This document shows positions 1-8,909 of a stretch of 43,379 nt of DNA, piece after piece. Location of the stretch: positions 1-43,379 of the forward strand of contig CAZOAP010000002.1 of NCBI GenBank assembly GCA_964577645.1, given 5' to 3'. Source of the DNA: an uncultured Ignavibacteriales bacterium (lineage in GTDB: Bacteria; Bacteroidota; Ignavibacteria; Tepidaquicellales; OLB5). Each line of letters begins with the position of its first letter. The stretch's first letter is position 1. Made by a program: the position numbers and the translations under genes. The notes beneath the pieces are model-generated. The model was not told the origin of the DNA. It ran no database searches and worked only from the letters and a program-made list of their open reading frames with translations.

Positions 1-452
1 TAGATGCGGTTATTTTCCAGGCTATCCCATGTGTTGAATGCAATTTGCCCGCCCGGCTTAAGCACACGGTACGCTTCATTCATAGCTTTTTGTTTATCGG
101 GAAAGAACATTACTCCGAACTGGCAAATAACAGCATCAAAGCTGTTATCTGCAAAATTAAGCTCACACGCATCGGCTATCTGCCATGAAACATTAGGGGA
201 GTTAACAATGCTTTTGGCTACATCAAGCATACCGGGATTAATATCAGTAGCTGTTACCTTAGCACCGGGGAAACTTTTAATAATATTTCTTGTAACCTGT
301 CCCGTACCGGCAGCAATTTCAAGTATACTCTTTGGCTCACCGTTTAAATGTGTAACAAGATCTTTTGAGGTTGAGATGAAAAATACCGGGGCAAGATATT
401 TTTCGTAGTTTTCAGCAATACGCGCTGTAAACTGAATTGAATTTTCAGACAT
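1..452 (-). CDS. class I SAM-dependent methyltransferase (C-terminal part runs off the window edge)
   Basis: Absent from the ORF track because the window edge truncates it. My reverse-strand translation from the ATG (complement of 450-452) reads MSENSIQFTARIAENYEKYLAPVFF..KSILEIAAGTGQVTRNI..VTATDINPGML..FDAVICQFGVMFFPD..LKPGGQIAFNTWD. This contains the glycine-rich SAM motif (LEIAAGTG) and the typical downstream blocks. The + strand ORF 4..408 is its antisense shadow. Confidence 0.8.
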   Translation of the reverse strand, partial: MSENSIQFTARIAENYEKYLAPVFFISTSKDLVTHLNGEPKSILEIAAGTGQVTRNIIKSFPGAKVTATDINPGMLDVAKSIVNSPNVSWQIADACELNFADNSFDAVICQFGVMFFPDKQKAMNEAYRVLKPGGQIAFNTWDSLENNRI

Positions 453-565
453 AGTTTTCGGTTTAGATGGATGAATGTTTTAGTGACGACAAAATTAGGG
501 TATTATTTTAAATATAAAAATCTAAATAGTTTGAATAATTGCACTTTAAAGATTGTGTAAATCAA

Positions 566-1189
566 TTATTTAGGGAAGGAGCGGGGATCTATCCTGATCT
601 TTCTTGCTTCAAAATCCTTATTTTGCCACACCATATCAGCAGGTAAAGTGATCTTCAGCCAATTGGAACTTTCATATATGAACCCGCTTAAAATTTCATA
701 GTAACCTTTTTTAAATGGAACGGTACCGGGATCTATAAATGTAACAAAAGATTTTAATAGTACTGGCATAACAATTATCATAGTATCAGTTATTACAGGC
801 TTTTTGTTTTTAGTATCAGCTCTTTGGCGGGTGATAATAAATGTTATAATATTTTCCCATACCATCTGCTGGTTGCCGTATTCAAAACTTTTACCCGTGG
901 TTGAGGATAGTTTTTTAACGCTGCTGGAATTAATCAATGAGTCAGGCAGAGCGTTCCAGTTCAGCACAGAAGTATCCTTTCCGAACCAGTAATCACTCGA
1001 AGGCACAACAGGCGTATACTGAAAGCTTATATCGTAAGCGGTTATATTATAATTGAAATTATTTGCCGAGGTATCGTTAACAGATAATTTTAGTGAGAAG
1101 TAAGGTGATTGAGCATGCAAAGTGTTTACTGCACTACAACAACAAAACATTGAACAGATAATATATAAATTTTTTATATTAAACATCAA
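566..1189 (-). CDS. hypothetical secreted protein
   Basis: 207-aa ORF with an N-terminal signal-like segment (MMFNIKNLYIICSMFCCCSAVNTLHAQ). Its ATG overlaps the brnA stop (ATGA at 1186-1189). I recognise no family. Confidence 0.5.
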   Translation of the reverse strand: MMFNIKNLYIICSMFCCCSAVNTLHAQSPYFSLKLSVNDTSANNFNYNITAYDISFQYTPVVPSSDYWFGKDTSVLNWNALPDSLINSSSVKKLSSTTGKSFEYGNQQMVWENIITFIITRQRADTKNKKPVITDTMIIVMPVLLKSFVTFIDPGTVPFKKGYYEILSGFIYESSNWLKITLPADMVWQNKDFEARKIRIDPRSFPK

Positions 1190-1458
1190 TGAGAGTGTTC
1201 TTCCTTTATTTTTTCAGATATAAACATTTTCATGAGTGACTGGTATGGTATATCTTTTTTATTAGCAATGACCTTAAGATCATTTAACATTGCTTCCGGC
1301 AATCTTAGGGAAATTGATTTAACTGATGGCTTAAGGTTAGGAAAAGATACTTTTTTTGCGTTCTTCCAGTCAACAAAAGAAGTTGTATCATTTTTATTCC
1401 AAAATTTTCGTTCTTCAGATTCAGATCTGAATTTTGGAATCTTTTTAAGTTTTTTCAT
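1186..1458 (-). CDS. brnA: BrnA-type antitoxin (type II TA)
   Basis: 90 aa with an N-terminal FxSExEExxFW segment and a C-terminal ISLRLPEAMLNDLKVIANKKDIPYQSLMKMFI ribbon-helix-helix-like block typical of BrnA. It overlaps the upstream toxin gene by 14 nt. Confidence 0.75.
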   Translation of the reverse strand: MKKLKKIPKFRSESEERKFWNKNDTTSFVDWKNAKKVSFPNLKPSVKSISLRLPEAMLNDLKVIANKKDIPYQSLMKMFISEKIKEEHSH

Positions 1459-1744
1459 GGTAAAATTCCTTTTCTTTTTTAGACATTAATCTTGCCGATA
1501 TAATCCTGATCAGATTTTCTCTAATTGTAAAGACCACAGTCAGCAGTTTATTGCTGTCAGTTTTACCTAAAGCAAAATATCGAATTTCTTCGGATGTAGA
1601 ATGAATAGTATCACCGGCAACTATTAACGGTTCATTAAAAAATATTTGTTCAGATTCATTATTTGAAATTCCGTGTTTTTGAAGATTTTTATCAATATTA
1701 CCTTTATCCCATTGAAAACCTTCAATTTTATCGAATTCAATCAA
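1445..1744 (-). CDS. brnT: BrnT toxin (DUF497 ribonuclease, type II TA)
   Basis: 99 aa. The blocks FQWDKGNIDKNLQKHGIS..E..IFF.....D..HS..E.RY.ALG......LTVVFTIRENLIRIISARLMSKKEKEFY fit the BrnT/DUF497 pattern. The toxin-first gene order is characteristic of BrnTA. Confidence 0.8.
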   Translation of the reverse strand: MIEFDKIEGFQWDKGNIDKNLQKHGISNNESEQIFFNEPLIVAGDTIHSTSEEIRYFALGKTDSNKLLTVVFTIRENLIRIISARLMSKKEKEFYHEKT

Positions 1745-1868
1745 TTTCGATCTATATTTTGTATATGTTTAACATATACAAACAATATATATAATTATGT
1801 TAATGAAATCAACAAGTAAAAAAGTTCCATTAATTAACGACTAATAAAGGATATTTAAGTTGAAATTT

Positions 1869-3122
1869 TCATCCTGAGAAATCCCTTTTGAGAAGATCAC
1901 CGCTTTTGAAGAAAATATAACTTACTATTATTATTGTCATTGCTCCTCCGAATATTACCGATGGTACACCACCCATAATTTTTGCAGCCAGGCCTGATTC
2001 AAATGCACCCACCTCGTTTGAGGTGGAAAGGAATATTCCGTTAATAGCGTTGACCCTGCCGCGCATGTTATCAGGCACAAGCAATTGCAGCAGCGTTGAG
2101 CGTATAACAACACTTACGCTATCAAAAGCGCCGGTTGCAAAAAGCGCTGCAACGGAAAGTATAAAGTTTTCCGAGACTGCAAATACAAGCGTGGCGATAC
2201 CAAAACCAGCAACAGCCCATAACAGGTTGCGCCATGCGCGTTTCATTGGGGAGTATTTTGAAAGTACAAACAGTACCAGCACAGCTCCGATAGATGGCGC
2301 TGCGCGCATAATTCCCAATCCCTGGGCACCAACGTGCAGGATATCTTCAGAGAATACGGGAAGTATTGCAACAACTCCCCCGAAGAGAACAGAGAACATA
2401 TCAAGCGAGATTGAATAAAGGATAATTTTAGTTTTAAATACGTAGGAAAATCCTTCCTTTATCTTCTCAAGCATAGTGCCTTCGGTAGCAGCATCAGGCG
2501 TTCGATTCTTAATAAACGCTACAGCAATTATTGAAAGTAATATTAATGCTATTACAAATAACAGTGTGCCTGAAAATCCGAAAATTGTATATAAGAAGCC
2601 TGATACACCGGGTCCGATTATGACACCTGTTTGCCATGATGAAGAGCTCCATGTAGATGAATTGGCATAAGCTTCACGGGGAACAAGGTATGCTTTAATA
2701 GAAGTTGCAGCAGGGAAGAAAAACGCTTTGCATGTACCGATAAAAAATATCACGCCCCAGATGACATATTTAAGCTCATTTGCATGTTCAACATTCAGCA
2801 GGCTGAAAGATAATATATACAGGACAATTGAAGCAAGCATGGTAAAGGCAAGCGACCATATCATAATATATTTTTTGGAAAGCTTATCGGAATAGTGACC
2901 ACCGAATAACGATAACAAAATGAACGGAATTGCTTCGGCAAGACCGATGAGACCTATAGCGAGCGGGTCATGGGTAAGGCGGTAAAGCTCATAACCGATT
3001 ATGACCTCCTGTATCAGCAGGCCGACAGTTACAAAGAAATTAGCGAACAGATAGTTGCGGAACTCTGCATATCGCAGAGAGAGGAAGGGGTCTTGTTTTA
3101 CAGGTGATGGATTATCCGGCAT
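1869..3122 (-). CDS. MFS transporter
   Basis: 417 aa and strongly hydrophobic, with about 12 predicted helices. Includes the GGHYSDKLSKK loop motif between TM2 and TM3 that is typical of major-facilitator proteins. Confidence 0.85.
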   Translation of the reverse strand: MPDNPSPVKQDPFLSLRYAEFRNYLFANFFVTVGLLIQEVIIGYELYRLTHDPLAIGLIGLAEAIPFILLSLFGGHYSDKLSKKYIMIWSLAFTMLASIVLYILSFSLLNVEHANELKYVIWGVIFFIGTCKAFFFPAATSIKAYLVPREAYANSSTWSSSSWQTGVIIGPGVSGFLYTIFGFSGTLLFVIALILLSIIAVAFIKNRTPDAATEGTMLEKIKEGFSYVFKTKIILYSISLDMFSVLFGGVVAILPVFSEDILHVGAQGLGIMRAAPSIGAVLVLFVLSKYSPMKRAWRNLLWAVAGFGIATLVFAVSENFILSVAALFATGAFDSVSVVIRSTLLQLLVPDNMRGRVNAINGIFLSTSNEVGAFESGLAAKIMGGVPSVIFGGAMTIIIVSYIFFKSGDLLKRDFSG

Positions 3123-3180
3123 TTATATTTTATAATACAAAATAGTTTTACAGGGATTTTGTTACAAGGAAGAAAGAAAA

Positions 3181-3250
3181 GGAACCACCCCTAAATCTGG
3201 CATTCACCGGATTTTTTCCCCTCCTAAAAACAGGAGGGGAGCGGTATAGT
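3181..3250. repeat. REP-like hairpin element (family ..accacccct..ccggcattc.ccgga..cccctcc..ggagggga)
   Basis: ggaaccacccctaaatctggcattcaccggattttttcccctcctaaaaacaggaggggagc. A second copy lies at 34791-34875. Contains the cccctcc/ggagggg inverted repeat. Confidence 0.7.
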
Positions 3251-3348
3251 ATTAAAGTTAATGTCTTTTACTGTTAGTTGTACAGCTATTTTCCACGGGT
3301 ATGACAGTAGAAGAAGAACAATTACAGCAAGTGCCTTTTTTTAATGAT

Positions 3349-3609
3349 TCAGCCAATTTTACCTCCGGAGGTTCTGTTCCATTTTTCCTTAACCTTTTCC
3401 TTCAGCTTTTCGTTTTTGATATCGCTGTCCCTTATGAATTCCTTAAAGTAGCCGCAGCTTAAACAGACATAAGCTTCAACCCCAAAACTGTACATAGGGG
3501 AAACAGAAATGTATTTTCTATCGCCAGACTGATTGGAGTCTTTGTTATCGTATACTTCAAGCGAGCCGCAAACGGGACATTTGCCGGTTTTGATGGTTTC
3601 AACATTCAT
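3349..3609 (-). CDS. small zinc-ribbon protein
   Basis: 86 aa with two CxxC pairs (CPVCGS ... CLSCGYF) and a KEKW tail. It has the same architecture as ORF 8910..9152 and lies 9 nt downstream of the NTase-fold gene. Confidence 0.5.
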   Translation of the reverse strand: MNVETIKTGKCPVCGSLEVYDNKDSNQSGDRKYISVSPMYSFGVEAYVCLSCGYFKEFIRDSDIKNEKLKEKVKEKWNRTSGGKIG

Positions 3610-3618
3610 ATATATTTA

Positions 3619-4083
3619 TTATTTTTTACGGTAGGTATTGAGATATTCAAGGTCAAGCTTATCCTTCGTACGGTTTGCAGCAGATTTATTTTTAATTAAA
3701 TCTTCAAGAGAAATGTAAAATATTTTTTTCAGGTCAGCGTATGTGCCTTCAGTTTTATTCAGAACAGCATCTTCAAATTCAACGCCATCAATATTATTTA
3801 AAATTTCAATTCTTAAAGGAGGGTTTCCGATACGGTATACTTTGGGCTTATTAAGGAATTCGTCTTCTTTGATAAATGGTTCAGTAAAACCAAAATCTGA
3901 TAAAACCCTTAGAATATTTTTCAGATTTTCAGGAGTAGGATTGATCCAAATATCCAGGTCATCAGTATATCTTGGGCGGGAATAAAACGAAACCGCATAT
4001 CCGCCAACAATCAAATACTCTACTTTATGTTCTGTCAGCAACTTCAAAAACTCGCTGAAGTCGTCGCTGTTTTTCTGTAGCAT
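3619..4083 (-). CDS. nucleotidyltransferase-fold protein (minimal NTase, TA/defence-like family)
   Basis: 154 aa. The segment KVEYLIVGGYAVSFYSRPRYTDDLDIWI carries the G-G/S ... D-x-D signature of pol-beta-type nucleotidyltransferases. Confidence 0.6.
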   Translation of the reverse strand: MLQKNSDDFSEFLKLLTEHKVEYLIVGGYAVSFYSRPRYTDDLDIWINPTPENLKNILRVLSDFGFTEPFIKEDEFLNKPKVYRIGNPPLRIEILNNIDGVEFEDAVLNKTEGTYADLKKIFYISLEDLIKNKSAANRTKDKLDLEYLNTYRKK

Positions 4084-4219
4084 TTATTGAATTTAAATAG
4101 ATTTCACGGATAATTTCTAATTCCTTAATCTTTTCATTAGGGTCAAGATTACTATAATATTCAATATCATCTTTATCAGCATCTTCAAAACTATTGTACT
4201 CTTTTATTACTTTATCCAT
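4025..4219 (-). CDS. small hypothetical protein upstream of the NTase gene
   Basis: 64-aa acidic, helical ORF. Its 3' end overlaps the annotated NTase start by 59 nt, so one of the two boundaries may be wrong. Confidence 0.35.
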   Translation of the reverse strand: MDKVIKEYNSFEDADKDDIEYYSNLDPNEKIKELEIIREIYLNSINATEKQRRLQRVFEVADRT

Positions 4220-4281
4220 ATTACAAATTAATCAAAATTTGAACAATACTAAACACAAATAATACTAAGGATTACAATTTA

Positions 4282-4944
4282 TTATTTTAATTTATTGTTT
4301 ATTGCAGAGAATTCGTCAGCGGGGAGGTATTTTTCTGCCATTGCCATAAGTTTTGTGAACTGTTCAGGTGCTGCTGTTCTCATTCCGCCCATCATCATTA
4401 CAATATCACTCTGTGTTATAGCGGGCATTATGTAGCTTTGCCATTTTTCAAAAACTTCGGGTGTGAATTTACTGATTATCCTTCCGCGAATTGCGTGAAG
4501 CTCGGGGTCAGTGAAGTTTTCCCACAGCAAGCGCTGTGTTTCTGTTTCTTCTTCGACTGTATGCAGCAGGTACTCACCGTGGAATTTTGAGAACTTCATA
4601 TAAAGTTCTGCTCCCATGCCCAGTGCATCTTCACCTTTTGTATTAAGCTCTTTGATCTCGTCCAGCAGCTTTTCTATGGCATCCTGGTCACGCTCAAGAC
4701 GCTCGTGGTCATCCATATCATGTTTTGATGAGCCGGGAACTTTGGCTTCAAGCTCAGCCAGTATGATATTGTTCTCATCATTTGCGTGGATATTAAGAAG
4801 CATGCAGAGATCTTTGCCGAGTGAATGTATCCGGTTCACATCATTTGTGCTGTTGAAATCACATTTGCCGAGAGAGAATGAGAATTGTGAAAGGGCATTT
4901 CGCAATCCTTTATGAGCTGCTTCAAAAAGTTTTACTCTTTGCAT
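4282..4944 (-). CDS. hemerythrin-like (HHE cation-binding) domain protein
   Basis: 220 aa with repeated His/Glu motifs (AAHKGLRNAL, HANDE, KHDMDDHERLE, HGEYLLHTVEEE) spaced as in hemerythrin-like four-helix bundles. Confidence 0.5.
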   Translation of the reverse strand: MQRVKLFEAAHKGLRNALSQFSFSLGKCDFNSTNDVNRIHSLGKDLCMLLNIHANDENNIILAELEAKVPGSSKHDMDDHERLERDQDAIEKLLDEIKELNTKGEDALGMGAELYMKFSKFHGEYLLHTVEEETETQRLLWENFTDPELHAIRGRIISKFTPEVFEKWQSYIMPAITQSDIVMMMGGMRTAAPEQFTKLMAMAEKYLPADEFSAINNKLK

Positions 4945-5071
4945 AGTTGTATATGGTATTTAAAAGTTCGTTAAATATTAGTTTGCAAATTTAAGTGGAA
5001 AGTTGGAAATATGAAGTGGAAAAAGGGGAGTTGTTTTCTGTGAGGCTCGGGCATTCTATTGTTTAGATTGT

Positions 5072-5577
5072 GGAATTATTGCATATAAAAAAGCAGAGAG
5101 GTCAGAGACCTCTCTCTACAGAAGTGTTGTTTCTGCTTAATAATTTCTTAACGGCAATTTTCAAAGACGGGGGAGAAGTAATGCAAAGGGGTAATTATAG
5201 CAAAGCAATCTTTATTAACATGGAGATTTTTTCCGTTCCCAAACTGGAGTTTGGGAACCAGGTGATGAAGGAATTATTATATATAAAAAGCAGAGAGGTC
5301 AGAGACCTCTCTCTACAGAAGTGTTGTTTCTGCTCAAATAATTTCTTAACGGCAATTTTCAAAGGCGGGGGAGAAACAATGCAAAGGGGTAATTATAGCA
5401 AAGCAATCTTTATTAACATGGAGATTTTTTCCGTTCCCAAACTGGAGTTTGGGAACCAGGTGATGAAGGAATTATTATATATAAAAAGCAGAGAGGTCAG
5501 AGACCTCTCTCTACAGAAGCGTTGTTTCTGCTCAAACAATTTCTTAACGGCAATTTTCAAAGGCGGGAGAGAAGTAA
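5072..5577. repeat. tandem repeat, about 198-bp unit, 2.5 copies
   Basis: Units run about 5072-5269, 5270-5467 and 5468-5577 (truncated) and are near-identical. Each unit contains the hairpin agagaggtc-aga-gacctctct (5095-5115, 5292-5312, 5490-5510). The two full units also contain the hairpin gttcccaaac-tgga-gtttgggaac (5235-5258, 5433-5456). Confidence 0.95.
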
Positions 5578-5612
5578 AGAATATTATCACCAATAAATGC
5601 AATTCATTTATT

Positions 5613-5640
5613 TGCAGGGTCCCTTATAGGAGACTCTGCA
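5613..5640. repeat. 'tgcagagtc' hairpin repeat, degenerate copy
   Basis: tgcagggtc ccttatagga gactctgca followed by aagtaca. The right half and the following bases match the copy at 34649-34682. Confidence 0.6.
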
Positions 5641-5736
5641 AAGTACAAATTATTTAAAGGCAAACCCCCGACAATATTTTTGTAAAATTTAAGCTTTATC
5701 TTTAATTGCAGCGGTTCAGTTTATTGAAGAAATACT

Positions 5737-5763
5737 CCCCCCTTTTTAGAAGCAAAGGGGGGG
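5737..5763 (-). terminator. hairpin downstream of the M16 peptidase operon
   Basis: ccccccttt / aaagggggg 9-bp stem with a 9-nt loop, 19 nt past the stop at 5782. On the minus strand the trailing run (gtatttcttc) is only moderately T-rich. Confidence 0.4.
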
Positions 5764-5781
5764 ATAAAGAATGGAAACTGC

Positions 5782-7110
5782 TTAGAAGCCTATTTTATCG
5801 AGCTGTTTGAAATCCTCAGGGGAGACTTTGGTTTCATCGCCCAGGTAATTCCATTTTATATTGCCGGTGTTGCTTGTGAATACCCGGTTTATATCAGCTA
5901 CCGTTACGGCGCTTACCAACTTTTCGAAATCATCAAATGCATGCAGGTTGCCTCTTAAATACCATCTGCCAATGTTCAGTGACTGGCTTGATGCAGTTTC
6001 AAGCCGCATAAAATAACGGGTTAAATATGCATCTTTTGATTTCATTAATTCTTCATCAGTAAAGCCGTTCTTCCTTACATTATTTATAATATCAACCATT
6101 ACCTGTAATGCTTCCTTCGGGTTATCTGTGGTAATATAAAAAACACTGTAAGGATTTGAAATAGCATCGCCGTTCATATATGCCGCAGGTGCGTATGAAA
6201 GTCCGCGTTTTGAGCGGAGCTCAATGAAATATTTATCATACATAATATTCATTGCAACCATCATTGATACTGCGTCAGGGGAATCCCAGGGAATACCTGA
6301 CATAATACCTGCCAAATAGTTGGTTGAAATATTGCGCGGAACAATATCCTGTCCGGGCTGTTCGATAGTTGTTCTTGTTTCAACAGTTACCGGTGAACCC
6401 TCGGGCAGGTTGGCAAGTGAGCTTTTAACTTTTTCTATGATATCACTTTCCGATACATTACCGGTAACTACAAGGAATGCCCGTTTTTTGCAGAGATTGG
6501 CTTTGATGAATGCTTTTATGTCATCAAGCGTTAATGAAGCAAGTGAGCTAGCGTTACCGTTTGGATCCTTTTCGTAATTTTTTCCTTTGAATGCTGTTTC
6601 AAGCGTAATACGATCAAGCCTTGAATCAGGATCGCCTTCATTCTGCTTAGCAAAAGAAATGAACTGTTCTTTTTTATTTTCAAACTCACCGGGTTCATAC
6701 GCGGGATGCATCAGTGCATCAACAAACAGCAGCCATGACTTATCCCATGATTCTTTTAAACACTGCATGTTAAGCTCACCGTAATCAAGCGAAGCATCAC
6801 TGCCGAAAGTTGTACCTATTTTTTCGGCTGCTGCAAGGAAATCACTTTTTTTAATGGACTCAGTACCGCCTTTAATAATATAGCTGTAAGAAAGTGCTTC
6901 AATGCCCTGTTTATCCAGAGGGTAATTAGCGGTGCCGCCTGTAACAAACAGTCTAGCGCTGATAACATCCTTGCCTGTGTTCTTTATCACGACCTTAAAT
7001 CCGTTCACATCAAGCTCTTTTAAGCTGTATTGTGAGTACAAGCTCATTGACGAAAATATAACAGCAAGCAGTATTATATAGAAGGCTTTTAATATTTTTA
7101 TATTTCTCAT
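5782..7110 (-). CDS. M16 family peptidase, non-catalytic-type subunit
   Basis: 442 aa with a signal peptide and M16 two-domain length, but no HxxEH motif. It lies directly downstream (17-nt gap) of the HxxEH-containing partner, which is the usual paired arrangement. Confidence 0.8.
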   Translation of the reverse strand: MRNIKILKAFYIILLAVIFSSMSLYSQYSLKELDVNGFKVVIKNTGKDVISARLFVTGGTANYPLDKQGIEALSYSYIIKGGTESIKKSDFLAAAEKIGTTFGSDASLDYGELNMQCLKESWDKSWLLFVDALMHPAYEPGEFENKKEQFISFAKQNEGDPDSRLDRITLETAFKGKNYEKDPNGNASSLASLTLDDIKAFIKANLCKKRAFLVVTGNVSESDIIEKVKSSLANLPEGSPVTVETRTTIEQPGQDIVPRNISTNYLAGIMSGIPWDSPDAVSMMVAMNIMYDKYFIELRSKRGLSYAPAAYMNGDAISNPYSVFYITTDNPKEALQVMVDIINNVRKNGFTDEELMKSKDAYLTRYFMRLETASSQSLNIGRWYLRGNLHAFDDFEKLVSAVTVADINRVFTSNTGNIKWNYLGDETKVSPEDFKQLDKIGF

Positions 7111-7126
7111 TTTCCCTGTATCCCGT

Positions 7127-8497
7127 TTAATTTAAAAGGTCTTCAAATTTTTTGATGCCCATAGTCTGCTGCATTGAAGGGGATAGCAGCAGCCCTGAAA
7201 CCCTTGGTTTATCCTTAATATATTTCTGTACATACTTTTTGATATCTGCGCGGGTAACCTTGTTGATGTTCTCAATATATTTAAAGCCGTAATCAAGATC
7301 TTTGATAGCCCAGAAGAAACCGAGGGAGTGTGAAAAGCTTGAAGTCTGCTCCATCTGGTATTTTTCCTGTATAGCAAGCTGGCTTTTAGCCATTTCAAGC
7401 TGTTCATCTGTGAAGTATGAATCGGAATCCCACATATCAATATGTTTATCAAGCTCAGCCAGGCATTCTTTTATCTTTTTCGGATTTGGTACTATCCTTA
7501 TCTGAATCGGACCCGTATAAATATCAGTTGAGTACCCGATGCCTGCTTCTAGAGCTAGACCCGCATCAACAAGCTCTTTGGAAAATTTTGATGATTCCAG
7601 GTTCAGTATATATGAAAACACATCGGCGGTGTAAGTGGCGGGTACGTCTTTCCTTGTATCGGGTCCGTGCCAGCCGATATAAATAACCGGTGCCTGCGCA
7701 TTTTCATTGGTAGTAACAAAATAAATATCTTCCTTAATCGGTTTAAACTCCGGTATCGGGTATTTCTTGAAGGGATCAAAGCCTGAGGAGGCCCAGTCAC
7801 CGAACACGTTCTGTACTTTTTCAAAAACTGCATCGTGATCAACATCACCTGCTACAATAAGCAGTGAGTTATTAGGCCAGTAATATTTCTGCTGGATAGC
7901 CTTCATTTTCTCAGGTGTGGCTGAAAGTATCACGTCATGATCACCGATAGGTATCTTACGGCTTTTATCTGAACCCCACATTTTTTCTTCCCACGCGTAA
8001 TACAAGCCAAACTCCGGGTTTGATTCACCGCGCTGGAATTCACCGTTGACCACAGGATGCTCTTTTGTCATTTCATCCTCAAGAAAAAGCGGGTAGCGTA
8101 TTGCGCTGTTCATGAACTTTAAGCCTTCATCCAGGTTACGGGAGGGCAGTGTGAAGAAATAATTCACCCTGTTGGTTGAAGTTGTGCCGTTCCATGCCAT
8201 GCCAAGAGAGTTTGCTTTCTTAAGATATTCTTCCTGTGAGGGGATATCCTTATTTGCTTTGAAGAACATATGCTCGTAGAAATGTGAGAGCCCGCTGAAC
8301 TCGGGTGATTCCGTATAAGCACCGTTCTTTACATTAATTTCAATGGTGGCAATTGGAACGCTTTTATCTTCAACTACCAGTACATCAAGTCCGTTGGCAA
8401 GTGTTTTAAAATAATAGCCTGCGGGCATTGAAGACTGCGAAAGCACCAAAGATGCATTAATAATGAAGGCAAGAAGCGCAATAAAAGTACGTTTCAT
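7127..8497 (-). CDS. M16 family (pitrilysin/insulinase-like) zinc peptidase
   Basis: 456 aa with a signal peptide. Carries the inverted zinc motif HFYEH (HxxEH) in GLSHFYEHMFFK. Confidence 0.9.
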   Translation of the reverse strand: MKRTFIALLAFIINASLVLSQSSMPAGYYFKTLANGLDVLVVEDKSVPIATIEINVKNGAYTESPEFSGLSHFYEHMFFKANKDIPSQEEYLKKANSLGMAWNGTTSTNRVNYFFTLPSRNLDEGLKFMNSAIRYPLFLEDEMTKEHPVVNGEFQRGESNPEFGLYYAWEEKMWGSDKSRKIPIGDHDVILSATPEKMKAIQQKYYWPNNSLLIVAGDVDHDAVFEKVQNVFGDWASSGFDPFKKYPIPEFKPIKEDIYFVTTNENAQAPVIYIGWHGPDTRKDVPATYTADVFSYILNLESSKFSKELVDAGLALEAGIGYSTDIYTGPIQIRIVPNPKKIKECLAELDKHIDMWDSDSYFTDEQLEMAKSQLAIQEKYQMEQTSSFSHSLGFFWAIKDLDYGFKYIENINKVTRADIKKYVQKYIKDKPRVSGLLLSPSMQQTMGIKKFEDLLN

Positions 8498-8655
8498 GTT
8501 AAATTGTTTGATTTATTTATAGATTACTGTGGTGATACTGAAGAGGACTGTATGTGCAAATATAATGAAATTTAATTATATAGAATAATGAAAATATTCC
8601 CTAATATTGATATTATACAAAGTATTGTAAAACTTAAATATGTTCTTTTTGTCTT

Positions 8656-8686
8656 AACACCCCGCATCAAGTGCGGGACAGGCGCC
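8656..8686. repeat. REP-like element (family aacacaccccg...)
   Basis: aacaccccgcatcaagtgcgggacaggcgcc with a ccgca/tgcgg stem. Related copies lie at 10164-10212 and 34699-34765. Confidence 0.6.
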
Positions 8687-8909
8687 AAGAACCAAAAAAG
8701 TCAAGGCTGATGAAAAACAGCTAAACTTTTCGAACGCATTAGATGCAAAAAATAACTCGACTTCGTCTCAAACAGATTTTTTGCATCTATTAATTGCGTT
8801 CTCAAGTTTTTAACGCTGTTTTTCATAGGCCGCTTAAAAAAGCATAACCAATGTTGAGAATTAGGCAGTATTGCGAAATCTGCCACAGGCAGACCAATTA
8901 TTAATAGTT

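Noticed and set aside
4-408. 134-aa + strand ORF at the window start
   Set aside because: It is the antisense shadow of a clear minus-strand SAM-methyltransferase gene (1-452). Its translation has no protein-like motifs.
5072-5577. CRISPR array
   Set aside because: The units are ~198 bp and identical throughout. There are no short repeats alternating with unique spacers, and no cas genes in the window.
5070-5657. 195-aa + strand ORF spanning the tandem array (possible repeat protein)
   Set aside because: Repeat copies differ by compensating single-base indels that scramble the translated segment while the DNA and hairpins stay conserved. The composition is not protein-like, so a non-coding reading is preferred.
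8732-8800. Long imperfect hairpin (gatgcaaaaaat / attttttgcatc, 12-bp core) as terminator of the zinc-ribbon gene
   Set aside because: On the minus strand, which is the gene's strand, no T-run follows it. I treat it as another intergenic palindrome of unknown role rather than annotating a terminator.
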